Source: Octopus vulgaris
Lineage: Eukaryota
Reading direction: 5' to 3'
NCBI GenBank assembly: GCA_951406725.2
Contig: OX597831.1
Location: 72,726,001 to 72,790,000, forward strand
Length of the DNA stretch: 64,000 nucleotides
Shown: piece by piece, positions 52,630 through 64,000 of the stretch
Numbering within the stretch: position 1 is the first letter of the stretch
How the letters are laid out: each line of letters opens with the position of its first letter
Program-made: the position numbers and the translations under genes
Notes under the pieces: generated by a model
Database searches by the model: none
Told to the model about the DNA's origin: nothing
What the model saw: the letters and a program-made list of their open reading frames with translations, nothing else

Positions 52630-53072
52630 TAGTCATAAATAGATTTGAATTGTGGCTTGTTTTAATCCTAACATCAGTCATAAATACATGGATCATAAAC
52701 ATACGGGTCTTAAACCTAAGTCATAAATCTAACGCAAGTTGTAAAACCAACTGGAGTCATAAACGAAAATCACAATTACAAACCCAGCCTGAGTCATAAA
52801 TCCAATAAGAGTCCCTGAGTCTAACAGAAGTCTCTGAACCCAACAAGAGTCACTGAGCCCAATAGCCTTGAGCCCAACAGGAGTCATTAAGTCAACAGGA
52901 GTCCCTGACCCCAACAGGAGTCTCTGACCCCAACAGGGGTCCCTGGATCCAACAAGAGTCCCTGGACCCAGCGCCTTAAGCCCAACAGGAGTCGCTGAGC
53001 CCAATAGCCTTGAGTGACTCCTGTTGGGCTCAGCGACTCTTGTTGGGCTCAGGGACTCCTGTTGGACTCAAG
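52630..53072. repeat. ~19-bp minisatellite with divergence gradient and terminal inversion
   Basis: Units agtcataaa.ccaa grade into gagtccctgagcccaacag; reverse-complement units at 53015-53072. Confidence 0.85.
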
Positions 53073-53517
53073 GTTGACCAATCTCCCAGTGTTTCTGTCA
53101 GATTTCTGCCTTGATAATAATTGTTTTCAACTTTGACATGAGGCAAGTGATTTTGAGGGGAGAGGGCAAATCAATTACAGAGGCTCCAGTCCTTGACTGA
53201 TACATCAGTTTATCAATCAATCCCCAGAGTAATGAAAGGCAAAGCTGACCTTAGAACGATTTGAACTCAGAACACTGAAGAGCCAGAAGAAATATAGGAG
53301 AAGGCATATTTTTCTGAGGCTCAAATGATTCTAGCAGCTTACCATGTTAGACAACAGGAAAATAATGAAAGATTTGTTAGGTGAAATAAAGATTTAAAAC
53401 AAACAGAGAAGAAAGGGTCATGGCATCTGTTATAAGAAACACACAGCTATTGAATAAGAACAGGGGTCAGGAAAGTTTAGGGAGTCATTACCCCTGCTAG
53501 TAATAAGAGAAGGATTC

Positions 53518-53740
53518 AAGGTGACGAACTGGCAGAAACTTTAGCATGCCAGGCAAAATGCTTAGCCGTATTTCGTCTGTCATTATGTTCTGAGTTCAAA
53601 TTCCACCGAGGTTGACTCTGCCTTTCATCCTTTTGGGGTCAATAAATTAAGTACCAGTTGTGTATTGGGATCAATCTAATTGACTGGCCCCCTCCTGCCA
53701 AAAAATTTGGGGCCTTGTGCCTCGAGTAGAAAAGAATAAG
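53518..53740 (+). mobile_element. SINE family 2 (tail A)
   Basis: Full length and flanked by the repeat aataagagaaggattc (probable TSD). Confidence 0.85.
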
Positions 53741-53769
53741 AGAAGGATTCTCTCTTTGAATGAAGGGTA

Positions 53770-53885
53770 GATTTTTGTACAGGTTATGCTACATGGTAGT
53801 GAGACATGAACCCTGAATGATGTAGGGTGCATGTGAAGGCTAGAGGGATATGAAGGCAGCATGCTTCATTAGATGTGTAATATTA
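53770..53885 (+). mobile_element. RTE LINE fragment
   Basis: VMLHGSET*TL...SMLH*MCNIS. Confidence 0.6.
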
Positions 53886-54185
53886 GTGGCTTAGTGGTTA
53901 CGGTATTCGGCTCATGATCGTAAGGTCATGAGTTCAATTCACATCAGCGTGTTGTGCCCTTGAGCAAGACACTTTACTTCATGCTGCCCCAGTTCACTCA
54001 GCTGGCAAAAATGAGTTGTACCAGTAATTCAGAGGAGCCAGCCATGTCACATTCTGTGTCTCACTGAATCTCTCAGAGAAATACGTTAAGGATATATGTG
54101 TCTGTGGAGCACTCAGCCACTTGCACGTTAATTTCACAAGCAGGCTGATCAGATCAACTAGAACAATCCTAACTGATGGAGCACC
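53885..54185 (+). mobile_element. SINE family 3
   Basis: Homologous to 46725-47050. Confidence 0.85.
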
Positions 54186-54869
54186 AATCTGTTGATGTTA
54201 GTGTTTATGACTGACATGGCAGCGCTGAGCTAAAAGACAGACAAGGTTTGTGACAGGGAAGAGGAGAGAGATCACACATGTGGCCCAGAGGCTGGATTGT
54301 GTCTGTTAAGGATTTAATACCAGTCGATCAAGTGGCCATTTTCTGGATGTGGCCCAGGATGTCTGTGTGGTGTGGAATTTTTTTTTTTTTTTTAAATAAT
54401 AAAATTGCCATTTTTTCCCCTCATTTTCTTGTATTTAATCTGCCAATCCATCAAAATCAGATTACAAAACCTTTTCTCTTTTTTGTTTGCTTTTATGGGA
54501 AAAAATTCCAAGACAAAAAAATATAGAAAAGACAAAAAAGTAGAAAAAACAAAAAAAGTTTTTTTAAACTTCCAAAACAATAACAAATTCTGTGAGGGTT
54601 ACTCCCTCTCCTAGAAATAGCAGCCAAATCTTCCTCAAATCAAACTACACTGTCTTAAGTAAAGAAAGGACAGATTGAATAAAATAACCCTTGACTTAGG
54701 CATGGCTGTATAGTTAAGAAACTCACTTTGAACCCACATGGTTTCAGGTTCAGTCCCACTGCATGGTACTTTAGGCAAGTGTCTTCTACTAAAGCCCATT
54801 TCCAAGTAAGTTTATATATGTGTGTGCATTATATATATATATTATAATAAGAGATATATATATATATAT

Positions 54870-54936
<67 letters not shown>

Positions 54937-54941
54937 CATAT

Positions 54942-54973
<32 letters not shown>

Positions 54974-55492
54974 TTAAGCTGGTACTCCAGCATGACCAGT
55001 CTGATGAGTGAAACTAGTAAAGGGATAAAGAGATACACACACACACACATAGATACACAATGGGGGTTCTTTCAGTTTCCATAAACCAAATCCTCTCACA
55101 AGGCTTTGGTCAGCCTGAGGCCCAAGGTACCAAGCAGCGGCTCTGAACTTGGAACTGTGTGGTTGAGAAGCAAACTTCTTACCACACAGCCACTCCTGAA
55201 ATTTTTTTTTTGGGGGGGGGGGGTTAACAACAACAAAAACAAATCACCAAAAAATGTAGAAATTTCATGACTTACAATAAAATACTTTCTTGAACACCGA
55301 GAGTTTCCAGGGTAGAGTAAGGAGGAATCTGAAGGAAAGGAAATAACAAACATTACATAAATACACAGAAGTGAAACGAAGGTCTGGATTGAAGCCTTTT
55401 ATGTATGTGTGTGAGCGTGTGTATGTAAGAATGTGTATAAAGACAAACATACAATACATATATACATGGATATACATATATATGTATATATA

Positions 55493-55878
55493 CTAGCAGT
55501 ATCGCCCAGCGTTGCTCGGGTTTGTTTCGACCCCTCAGAATAGGAATTTTTGAAAAGTAAAAATTTTGCATTATGTAGCTTGTTATTCTCTTTAAGTGAA
55601 CATTTTTCTGGTTGAAATACACCGAAAAATGGTGACACAGTAGTAAAAAAAAATCGTAAAAAGTAGGGATTTCCATAGAAAAAAAGCACCTTTTTGATGT
55701 AAATAATTTTTGGTGTTAACATGGTCCGATTTGAATTTTTTCTTCGACGGAAGGAAGAGCAAGTCTTCTTCTATCATACTCTCAATTTTGGTAACCTTGC
55801 GCCGCAGGGTCTCGGAGGAGATAGCGTTAGTTGAATGCGACCAAACCTGCCATACACTGAAGACAACTTCAGCTTTAT

Positions 55879-55912
<34 letters not shown>

Positions 55913-55917
55913 ATAGA
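55493..55917 (-). mobile_element. Helitron-type non-autonomous element
   Basis: Minus strand: TC start at 55917, hairpin cccgagcaacgctggg (55505-55520), CTAG end at 55493. Confidence 0.75.
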
Positions 55918-56049
55918 TTACACTACAAAAGCATAAAAGTGCTGAATGCAACCTTGTATTGAAAATGCATACAATCTGATAAATGGTAATTAATGCAAGA
56001 TAAACAGGGATTACTTAATCTCTGGTTATCTCATACAACACATACACAC

Positions 56050-56112
<63 letters not shown>

Positions 56113-56452
56113 TGTACCACAGAGTTTCAAAATACATGACTGTGTATAAGCATTATATATATGTGTATGTGTGTATATATTTTGGTAAGTTAATATGTGT
56201 AACTGTGTTTATGTATGTATTAAATTATGTATGTGCATATGTATGTGTATATATATATAGAGTATTTAATCTAAATTTAGCTTATATTTTCTCTGTAAAG
56301 GTGTAATTTTTACCTGTAAAGTTGTGAACTTGTTAGCCACCTTATTAATATCATTGATAATGGTAATAATACATCTTCATTTTTATTCATATGTGTGTGT
56401 ATATATATATATATATATACTTTATTTAAAAGCAGCAGAAATTCAACAAAAC

Positions 56453-56490
56453 CTGTTACTCGCAGTTTCACGTTTCCGTTCGTCGGACAG
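56453..56490 (-). ncRNA. Type I hammerhead motif, U4C variant
   Basis: ctgt-CCGACGA-acg-gaaa-cgt-GAAA-ct-gcg-ag-TA-acag. Confidence 0.65.
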
Positions 56491-56621
56491 TTTTGTTAAT
56501 ATATATAATATATATATATGATGTGTGGTAAATTTATGAAATGAAGTCCCATAAAATCCATCAATTTAGTTAAAAATGGAGGAGACAACTTGTTGAGATG
56601 TATAAGAAGTTTAATTCTTGT

Positions 56622-56729
56622 TGCAGACAATCGTTTCGTACAGAGATATAATAATAATAATAATAATGTAAATTCATGATTGAATTAAATTAAATTAATT
56701 AAATAAATATCAATGTACACTTCAGTGCA
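56622..56729 (-). ncRNA. Type I hammerhead motif with long AT-rich loop II, A9U variant
   Basis: tgca-CTGAAGT-gtaca-[~70 nt incl. (TTA)n]-tgtac-GAAA-c-gatt-g-TC-tgca. Confidence 0.65.
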
Positions 56730-56860
56730 GGAAGTAGAAACCATAATGGAAAGAACTAGAGAAAGAATATAGCAGAAAAATTGAATGTAGGAGATTCATA
56801 TTTTCATCCGTGTGAGAAAGAGATGTGAGCCATGTGGGTATTTAACAGTAACACACACAT

Positions 56861-56897
<37 letters not shown>

Positions 56898-56899
<2 letters not shown>

Positions 56900-57312
56900 C
56901 GCAGGAGTGGCTGTGTGGTAAGTAGCTTGCTTACCAACCACATGGTCATGGGTTCAGTCCCACTGCATGGCACCTTGGGCAAGTGTCTTCTACTATAGCC
57001 TCGGGCCGACCAAAGCCTTGTGAGTGGATTTGGTAGACGGAAACTGATAGAAGCCCATCGTATATATGTATGTATATATATATGCGTGTGTGTGTTTGTG
57101 TATCTGTGTTTGTCCCCCTAGCATTGCTTGACAACTGATGCTGGTGTGTTTATGTCCCCGTTACTTAGCGGTTCGGCAAAAAGAGACTGATAGAATAAGT
57201 ACTGGGCTTACAAAAGAATAAGTCCCGGGGTCGAGTTGCTCGATTAAAGGCGGTGCTCCAGCATGGCCGCAGTCAAATGACTGAAACAAATAAAAGAGTA
57301 AAAGAGTAAAGA
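56898..57312 (+). mobile_element. SINE family 1, young copy
   Basis: Full length; followed tail-to-tail by an older reverse copy at ~57320-57510. Confidence 0.92.
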
Positions 57313-57510
57313 GATATATATCTTTTATTTGTTTTGGTCATTAGACTGTGGCCATGCTGGGGCACCACCTTGAAGCATTTTTAGTCAAACGACTTGGCCC
57401 AGTCCCTTTTTTTAAAGCCTGTTATTTATTCTAATGTCTTTTTTTTTTTGCTTAATTGCTAATTTACAAGGCCATAAACAGCAGCTGTCAAGTGTTGGCG
57501 GGTGACAAAT

Positions 57511-57558
<48 letters not shown>

Positions 57559-57823
57559 ATACATAATCAAATCTGAAATCCTCCCTGATATGACTCCATC
57601 TTGCTTGTAGTAGGGAGAGTGACTGTCTCCCTTGTCAGTCATTAAAAAAGTGCTCTCACGTGGCTAAGTGTTGTTTTGACACTTATTTCTAGCAATGCTG
57701 GTGCTGGCTAGCACCCTCCATTACTTCAGTGACAACCCTACTTGTTGCCTTTCAGTTCTAAACTGCAAATAGCCACTTCAATAACTTTATATATAAAGAA
57801 GCCTGTTTGGTGTGTATGTGTAT

Positions 57824-57856
<33 letters not shown>

Positions 57857-57958
57857 GGAGTAAACACATAAATGTGAAACAAGGTGGAAAAAAGAGTACT
57901 CAAATACCAGTGGTAGAGTAATATGCTTTATTTAAAGCAGCAGAAAATTCAACAAAAT

Positions 57959-57996
57959 CTGTTACTCTGAGTTTCTCGTTGCCGTTCATCAGACAG
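57959..57996 (-). ncRNA. Type I hammerhead motif (mirror copy)
   Basis: ctgt-CTGATGA-acg-gcaa-cga-GAAA-ct-cag-ag-TA-acag on the minus strand. Confidence 0.7.
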
Positions 57997-58012
57997 TTTT
58001 TGCTAGAAAAAA

Positions 58013-58050
58013 CTGTCTGATGAACGACAACGAGAAACTCAGAGTAACAG
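58013..58050 (+). ncRNA. Type I hammerhead motif
   Basis: ctgt-CTGATGA-acg-acaa-cga-GAAA-ct-cag-ag-TA-acag. Confidence 0.7.
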
Positions 58051-58183
58051 ATTTTGTTGAATTTTCTGCTGCTTTAAATAAAGTATATATATATATATAT
58101 ATATACATACACACACACACAAATGGATTTTTTAAACTTTTGAAACTTGTCCAATATTATCATCATCATCATCAACATATTGA

Positions 58184-58411
58184 CCCTTTTGTTACCATAT
58201 TTCTGTTGAGAAGGTCTGTGTTTCTTTCAATTAATTTTAAATTTAACAAAGAATTTAGGAAAATAACTTGGTTATTATCATCATTAAGCCAGTGTTAGGA
58301 ACACAAATTGAGACTAAAGTTTGGTGGAAGGTTTTAATTCGGAACTTTTGAAAACAAGACATTCGTTCTACAGAGCCAGAGGCGGTTTCAGGCAGGTTGG
58401 TATCAGAAGGG
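58184..58411. mobile_element. piggyBac-like MITE
   Basis: ttga|cccttttgttacca ... tggtatcagaaggg|ttaa: CCC/GGG termini and a TTAA-type TSD. Confidence 0.75.
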
Positions 58412-59116
58412 TTAATGTCTGTTTAAATGATGATGATGATGATGATGATGATGTTGGATAAGCTGCAAAAATTTATGGTCTAGATGCAAGCTTCAGCATT
58501 GGGGGGAAAAAAGACCTTATGGTATTTGTTCTGAGTCTTTATGATCTGAGTTCAAATCCTACCAAGGTCAACTTTGTCATTCATCCCTTAAGGGATCAAT
58601 AAAATAAAGTACTAGTCAAGTGCTGGGGTCAATGATATCACTCACCACCACCACCCCCTTCAAAATTACAGACCTTGTGCCTTAATTCCAGCCATCCATC
58701 CATCTTCTCTGCTCTCTATTTCTGAGAGGGCCATGGGGATAGAGTCCTCAGGTACCTCCTCTGCAAGCTCCTATCAGAAGCAACTAACTGAAACTATGGA
58801 TATTATCCACCCATCTCATTCTTGACCAACTGCTAAGTCTCCTGCTGGTTGCCTTGGCTCAAAGAATCTGTCTTGCAAATTTTGCCTAAATTAGAAACCT
58901 TTAATATATAGAGAGAGAGCTTCAAGATATTTTAGAGGTGGGGGTGGGTGGCTGGTAGGGTTAGCTTAAGAACCACAGAGTTACACAGCAGCACCTAATG
59001 CCTAGATATTTTGGTTGAGTTCATTTTCTTACATAGGGGCCGGACCCTGCCTCACTCCACCTAGAATCCTCTTTCCACTAGATTATAATTTTTTTCTTTT
59101 GTAGAAATATTTGACA

Positions 59117-59460
59117 TGGTAAGAAGCTTGCTTCCCAACCACATGGTTCCAGGTTCAGTCCCACTAAGTGGTACTTCTACTATAGCCTCAGACCAACCAA
59201 AGTGGATTTGGGAGACGGAAACTGAAAGAAGCCCATCATATAAATGTATGTGTGTGTGTAGGTGTGTGTTTGTCCCCCACCACCGCTTGATAAGCGGTGT
59301 TGGTGTGTTGACATCCCTGTGACTTAGCAATTCAATGAAAAAGACTGACAGAATAAGCACCAGATTTTAAAAAATAAAAAAGTCCTGGAATTTGTTCATT
59401 CGACTAAAAATTCTACAAGGTGCTGCCCCAGCATGGCCACAGCCTAATGACTGAAACAAA
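59117..59460 (+). mobile_element. SINE family 1 (older)
   Basis: Colinear with the family consensus. Confidence 0.8.
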
Positions 59461-60219
59461 AGGTATTTGACCAACAGACTTTCAAGCGTTGGGGCATTAG
59501 TCTCCACAATCTAAAAGCAGCAGGGGTGGGGCTGCTAAGGTCACATGCACTGTGCCTCCTTCTTTGAATAATGTGCAAAAGTCAAAGAAGCAAATACTTT
59601 TAGTAAAAGTGGACCAGGGAGGGGGGGACATTTTTCAGGAAGATTTTTTTTTATTTGTTCTTTGTTTTTTGATTATTTTTTTCTCTTTGGTTTATTCTTT
59701 TCTAGAAGCGGACTAATATTAGCTGATTAATGAGAAAATGAAAACGAAGAAGGAATAATGAAAAAGAAAAAGAAAAAAAAGGCAAATAATAATAGTAATA
59801 ATAGTAAAGTCTTGGAGAAAAGAAACAACACATTCGCAAACCAAAAACAGCAACCAACCAACCAACCAACCAACTGGCATGCGCTAGATTCTTCTTTGTG
59901 AAGCCCCCAATCTCAAGCATCAATCGCAGAATGATGTAATCAGTGTGACAGCCTATCAAGAAGGATGTTAAAAAGGATGTAGAATTGTAGTGTGCGAAGA
60001 AAGGAGAATAAGAGAATAGAAGAATGAAACAGAACGAGATTGCGGTAGCGAGGAGGAGGACGGGGGGGGGGGGCATCGACGGAGGCGAAGATGGTAGGTG
60101 CAGTGGTGGCGGCGGCGGAGGCGGAGGCAGTGGAATCTGGTCAGCTAATTTCTATAGCTTCCTGAGTTACGTCAATGATGTTTCTAGATTCAACCCACAG
60201 AAATGATTATCATTATTAC

Positions 60220-60250
<31 letters not shown>

Positions 60251-60948
60251 GTTATTACTATTGTTATTATTGTTATTATTATTATTATTATTACTATTAT
60301 TATTGTTGTTGTTGTTGTTGTTAAAAACAAAACCAAAAATACACAACATTAAAAAGAAAAATTACATAACATAAAGAAACTGTGTCTATTTGTGTGTATG
60401 TATATATACAAACACACACACACATATATATATAAATATATGCACACGCACATGCATGTGTGTGTTTGTATACAATCACGCACGCATAATTCTTAGAATA
60501 TAATTTCTTTTAAAAGCCTTCAAGTGTTCTACAGTTAATTTGGGATAAATATAGTGAGTAGTGAACAAGTACATTGCTGTACAAGTCAACACCCACCGCC
60601 CACCCAAACAAACCGCCCACTCCTCTCTCTCTCTCTCTTTCTATGTAAAGAAGTAAATCTGAAAATAAAAACAATAATAACGATAATAATAATATAAAAA
60701 GTAGAAATAAACTGAAAAAAAAAAGAAAGAAAGAAAGAAAGCCAGTCTTTGAGGAATGCACTGAAAAACCGAATTTTGCAAATTGGAGAAAAATCATAGA
60801 TTTTGAGGGTAGGGTGTAAGCTGGGGGGGGGGGGGGGTAAGGCTGTGTTTTTGTAATTTCCAAGACAATTCTGATGCTATTAGATTCTGATACAAATATA
60901 AATTTGCAGTAATTTAAGAATGAAATTACTACTACTACTACTACTACA

Positions 60949-60986
<38 letters not shown>

Positions 60987-61211
60987 TAATGCTTTATTTG
61001 CCACAGGGGCAAGAGATACAATACAAAGATGGACTTGAAGTGTGAGAATTAACATAGACTGGAATGTTAAAAAAAATATATTAAATACAAGAATTCATTG
61101 TATATGATACAATGAAACAGAATAAGCACCATGTGAACATGGCCAATGCCAGTGCCGCTTCACTAGCTCCCATCCCATTGAGATAGTACTATTATTATTA
61201 TTATTATTATA

Positions 61212-62868
61212 AAGGTAGCAAGCTGGCAGAAACATTACCACGTTGGGCGAAATGCTTAGTGGTCTATCTTTACGTTCTGAGCTCAAATTCTGCCGAGGTC
61301 GACTTTGCCTTTCATCCTTTCAGGGTCAATAAATTAAGTACCAGTTGCATACTAGGATCAGTCTAATCAAGTGGTCCCCTCCCCAAAAATTTCGGACCCT
61401 GTGCCTAGAGTAGAAAAGATTATTATTATTATTATTATTATTAATAATAATAATAATAATAATAATAATCATCATCATCATCATCAAAACGGACGCTAAA
61501 CGATGATGATGATGATGATGATGATGATTATTATTATTATTATTAAGGTAGCGAACTGGTAGATTCATTAGCATACCAGGTGAAATGCTTGACAGTATTT
61601 TGTCTATTTTCACGTTCTGAGTTCAAATTCTGCTGGGGTCAACTTTGCCTGTCATCTTTTCAAGGTCAATAAAATAAGTACCAGCTGAATATTGGGAGTC
61701 GGTGTAATCAACATATCCCTTCTAAAATTGCTGGCCTTGTGTCAAAATTCAAAACTATTATTATTATTATTATTAAGGCAGTGAACTGGCAGAATTGTTA
61801 GCATGCTGGACGAAATGCTTAGAAGTATTTCGCCCATCGCTACGTTCTGAGTTCAAATTCTGCTGAGGTTGACTTTGCCTTTTATCCTTTCGGGGTTGAT
61901 AAATTAAGCATTAGTTACATACTGGGGTTGATGTGGTCAACTGGCCCCACTCCCCTGGGATTTGGGGCCTTATGCCTTTGATGAAAAGGATTATTATTAT
62001 TATTTCACTTCCCAGAGCTTTCAATTTCCCTTGCTCCAGCTGATTCTGTAGAGCAGACAACAACTTGTTAAGGGTCCCAAGGGATCTTCTTCCACAATAC
62101 TTAAAATCCAAGTACCAGACTCAAAACCTTTGCTGTCCCCAATAACAGTTATTATGAGCATTATTATAATGATGTAAAAAAAGACGGTGAGATGGCAGAA
62201 TCATTAGCACACCAAGCGAAATACTTAGCGGTATTTTGTCTGTCTTTACGTTCTGAGTTCAAATTCTGCCAAGATCAATTTTTCCTTTCATCCTTTCGGG
62301 AGTCAGTAAATTAAGTACCAGTTGCATAGTGGGCTCAACTTAATCGACTGCCCCACATCCCCCAAAATTTCAGGCCTTGTGCCTAGAGTAGAATAGAATA
62401 TAAAAAAAGGCAGTGAGATGGCAGATTTATTAGCACACCGAGTGAAATGCTTAGCAGTATTTAAGGGTGGCCTTTGCCAGTACCGCCTGACTGGCCCTCG
62501 TGCCGGTGGCATGTAAAAGCACCCACTACACTCTCAGAGTGGTTGGCGTTAGGAAGGGCATCCAGCCGTAGAAACTCTGCCAGGTCAGATTGGAGCCTGG
62601 TGCAGCCATCTGGTTTGCCAGTCCTCAGTCAAATCGTCCAACCCATGCTAGCATGGAAAGCGGACATTAAACGATGATGATGATATTTTGTCTGTGTTTA
62701 CGTTCTAAGTTCAAATTCCGCCAAGGTCAATTTTTCCTTTCATCCTTTTGGGGGTCGATAAATTAAGCATCAGTGAAACACTGGGATCAAAGTAACTGAC
62801 TATCTCTCTCCCCCAAATTTCAGGCCTTGTGCCTATAGTAGAAAGGATCATTATTATTATTATTATTT
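61212..62868 (+). mobile_element. Array of five co-oriented SINE family 2 copies; the last contains an RTE 3'-UTR insert (~62465-62683)
   Basis: Copies start at ~61212, 61545, 61776, 62185 and 62408, mostly preceded or followed by (ATT)n. Confidence 0.85.
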
Positions 62869-62974
62869 TAAATTGAATGTAAATGAAAAGATGGCTGTAT
62901 TAAAGTAATACTAACTTAACCTGTGACAAGTATCTGATACTTGCAAATAATAATAATTTCTTTTACTCTTTCTT

Positions 62975-63310
62975 TTTCTTTTACTTGTTTCAGTCATTTG
63001 ACTGCGGCCATGCTGGAGCACTGCCTTTAGTCAAGCAAATCGACCCTGGGACTTATTCTTTGTAAGCCCAGTACTTATTCTATCGGTCTCTTTTTGCCGA
63101 ACCGCTATATGACGGGGACGTAAACACACCAGCATCAGTTGTCAAGCAATGCTAGGGGGACAAACACAGACACACAAACACACACACATCATCATCATCA
63201 TCATCGTCGTTTAACGTCCGTTCTCCATGCTAGCATGGGTTGGACGGTTCGACCGGGGTTCTGGGAAGCCAGAAGGCTGCACCAGGCTCCAGTCTAATCT
63301 GGCAATGTTT

Positions 63311-63355
<45 letters not shown>

Positions 63356-63497
63356 TACGACAGGCTTCTTTCAGTTTCCGTCTACCAAATCCACTCACAA
63401 GGCATTGGTCGGCCTGAGGCTATAGTAGAAGACACTTGCCCAAGGTGCCACGCAGTGGGACTGAACCCAGAACCATGTGGTTGGTTAGCAAGCTACT
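62975..63497 (-). mobile_element. SINE family 1 with an RTE tail fragment (63188-63310) inserted in its microsatellite
   Basis: The SINE halves flank (cat)n cgtttaacgtccg... Confidence 0.85.
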
Positions 63498-64000
63498 TCT
63501 TTTATAAGCACAAGGCTTGGAATTTAAGGGAATGGGCTAGTCTATTATAGGAACCCCAGAGTTCAACTGCTGCTTAATTTATTGACTCTGAAAGAATGAA
63601 AGACAAAGTTGATTCAGTGGCATTTGAACTCAAAACATAAAGAATCTTTAAAAGAAAGGCTGCTCACATGATTTTGCCATCTTTGGATTATAAACAACAA
63701 TGACAACAACAACACAAAAAAATATCCATGGAGAGAAAACAGAAGAGAAGAAAAAAAATCCCACAAAATGAAGTGGAAAAAAAGCATAAAAAAATGACAT
63801 GGATAAAAATAATGGGTCCTTATTGAATGTCTGGAGAGAGGATGGGAAGAGGGTGGAAAGGAGAAAGAGGGTGGAAAGGAGGAAGATGATAAAGATGTAA
63901 TCAGTTAACTAACAATGAAACAGCAGATCAACAAGTATGTTGTTAGGGGTTGGTGGTGGGGGTCAGACTCTGTTTTTATATTGGGTGGGTGGGGGAATAA

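Larger units (their letters stand above)
57856..58088. mobile_element. Penelope-like fragment with terminal palindrome (81-bp arms) in (TA)n
   Basis: 57921-58001 versus 58008-58088, two mismatches, 6-nt loop. Confidence 0.75.

Noticed and set aside
52630-53010. CRISPR-like repeat/spacer appearance
   Set aside because: Eukaryotic context, degenerate contiguous 19-bp units, no unique spacers and no cas genes.
60024-60206. Gly-rich 60-aa ORF
   Set aside because: Low complexity with no domain or splice support; noted only as part of a possible regulatory island.

Overview
AT-rich, microsatellite-saturated animal nuclear DNA. The SINE, MITE and microsatellite profile looks like an octopus (coleoid cephalopod) genome; this is recognition from memory, not a database match. 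I find no intact host protein-coding gene, and almost all ORFs in the track are translations of (TA)n/(CA)n/(CAC)n repeats or SINEs. The window contains dozens of tRNA-derived SINE copies from at least 4 families and fragments of RTE, CR1/L2, R4/Dong and probable Tx1 LINEs. It also holds two decayed DD37D (maT) Tc1/mariner copies, several Helitron-type non-autonomous elements, piggyBac- and Tc1-like MITEs, and long inverted repeats. The most notable signals are four: (1) type I hammerhead-ribozyme motifs from several different Penelope-like families, including one near-canonical copy, one palindrome carrying a ribozyme on each strand, and one with a microsatellite-expanded loop; (2) a ~90-bp mitochondrial cox2 fragment captured inside a maT transposon between perfect 22-bp inverted repeats; (3) a possible decayed YWTD (LDLR class B) exon relic; (4) several foldback elements and chimeric SINEs. 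Repeat boundaries are approximate unless motifs are quoted.
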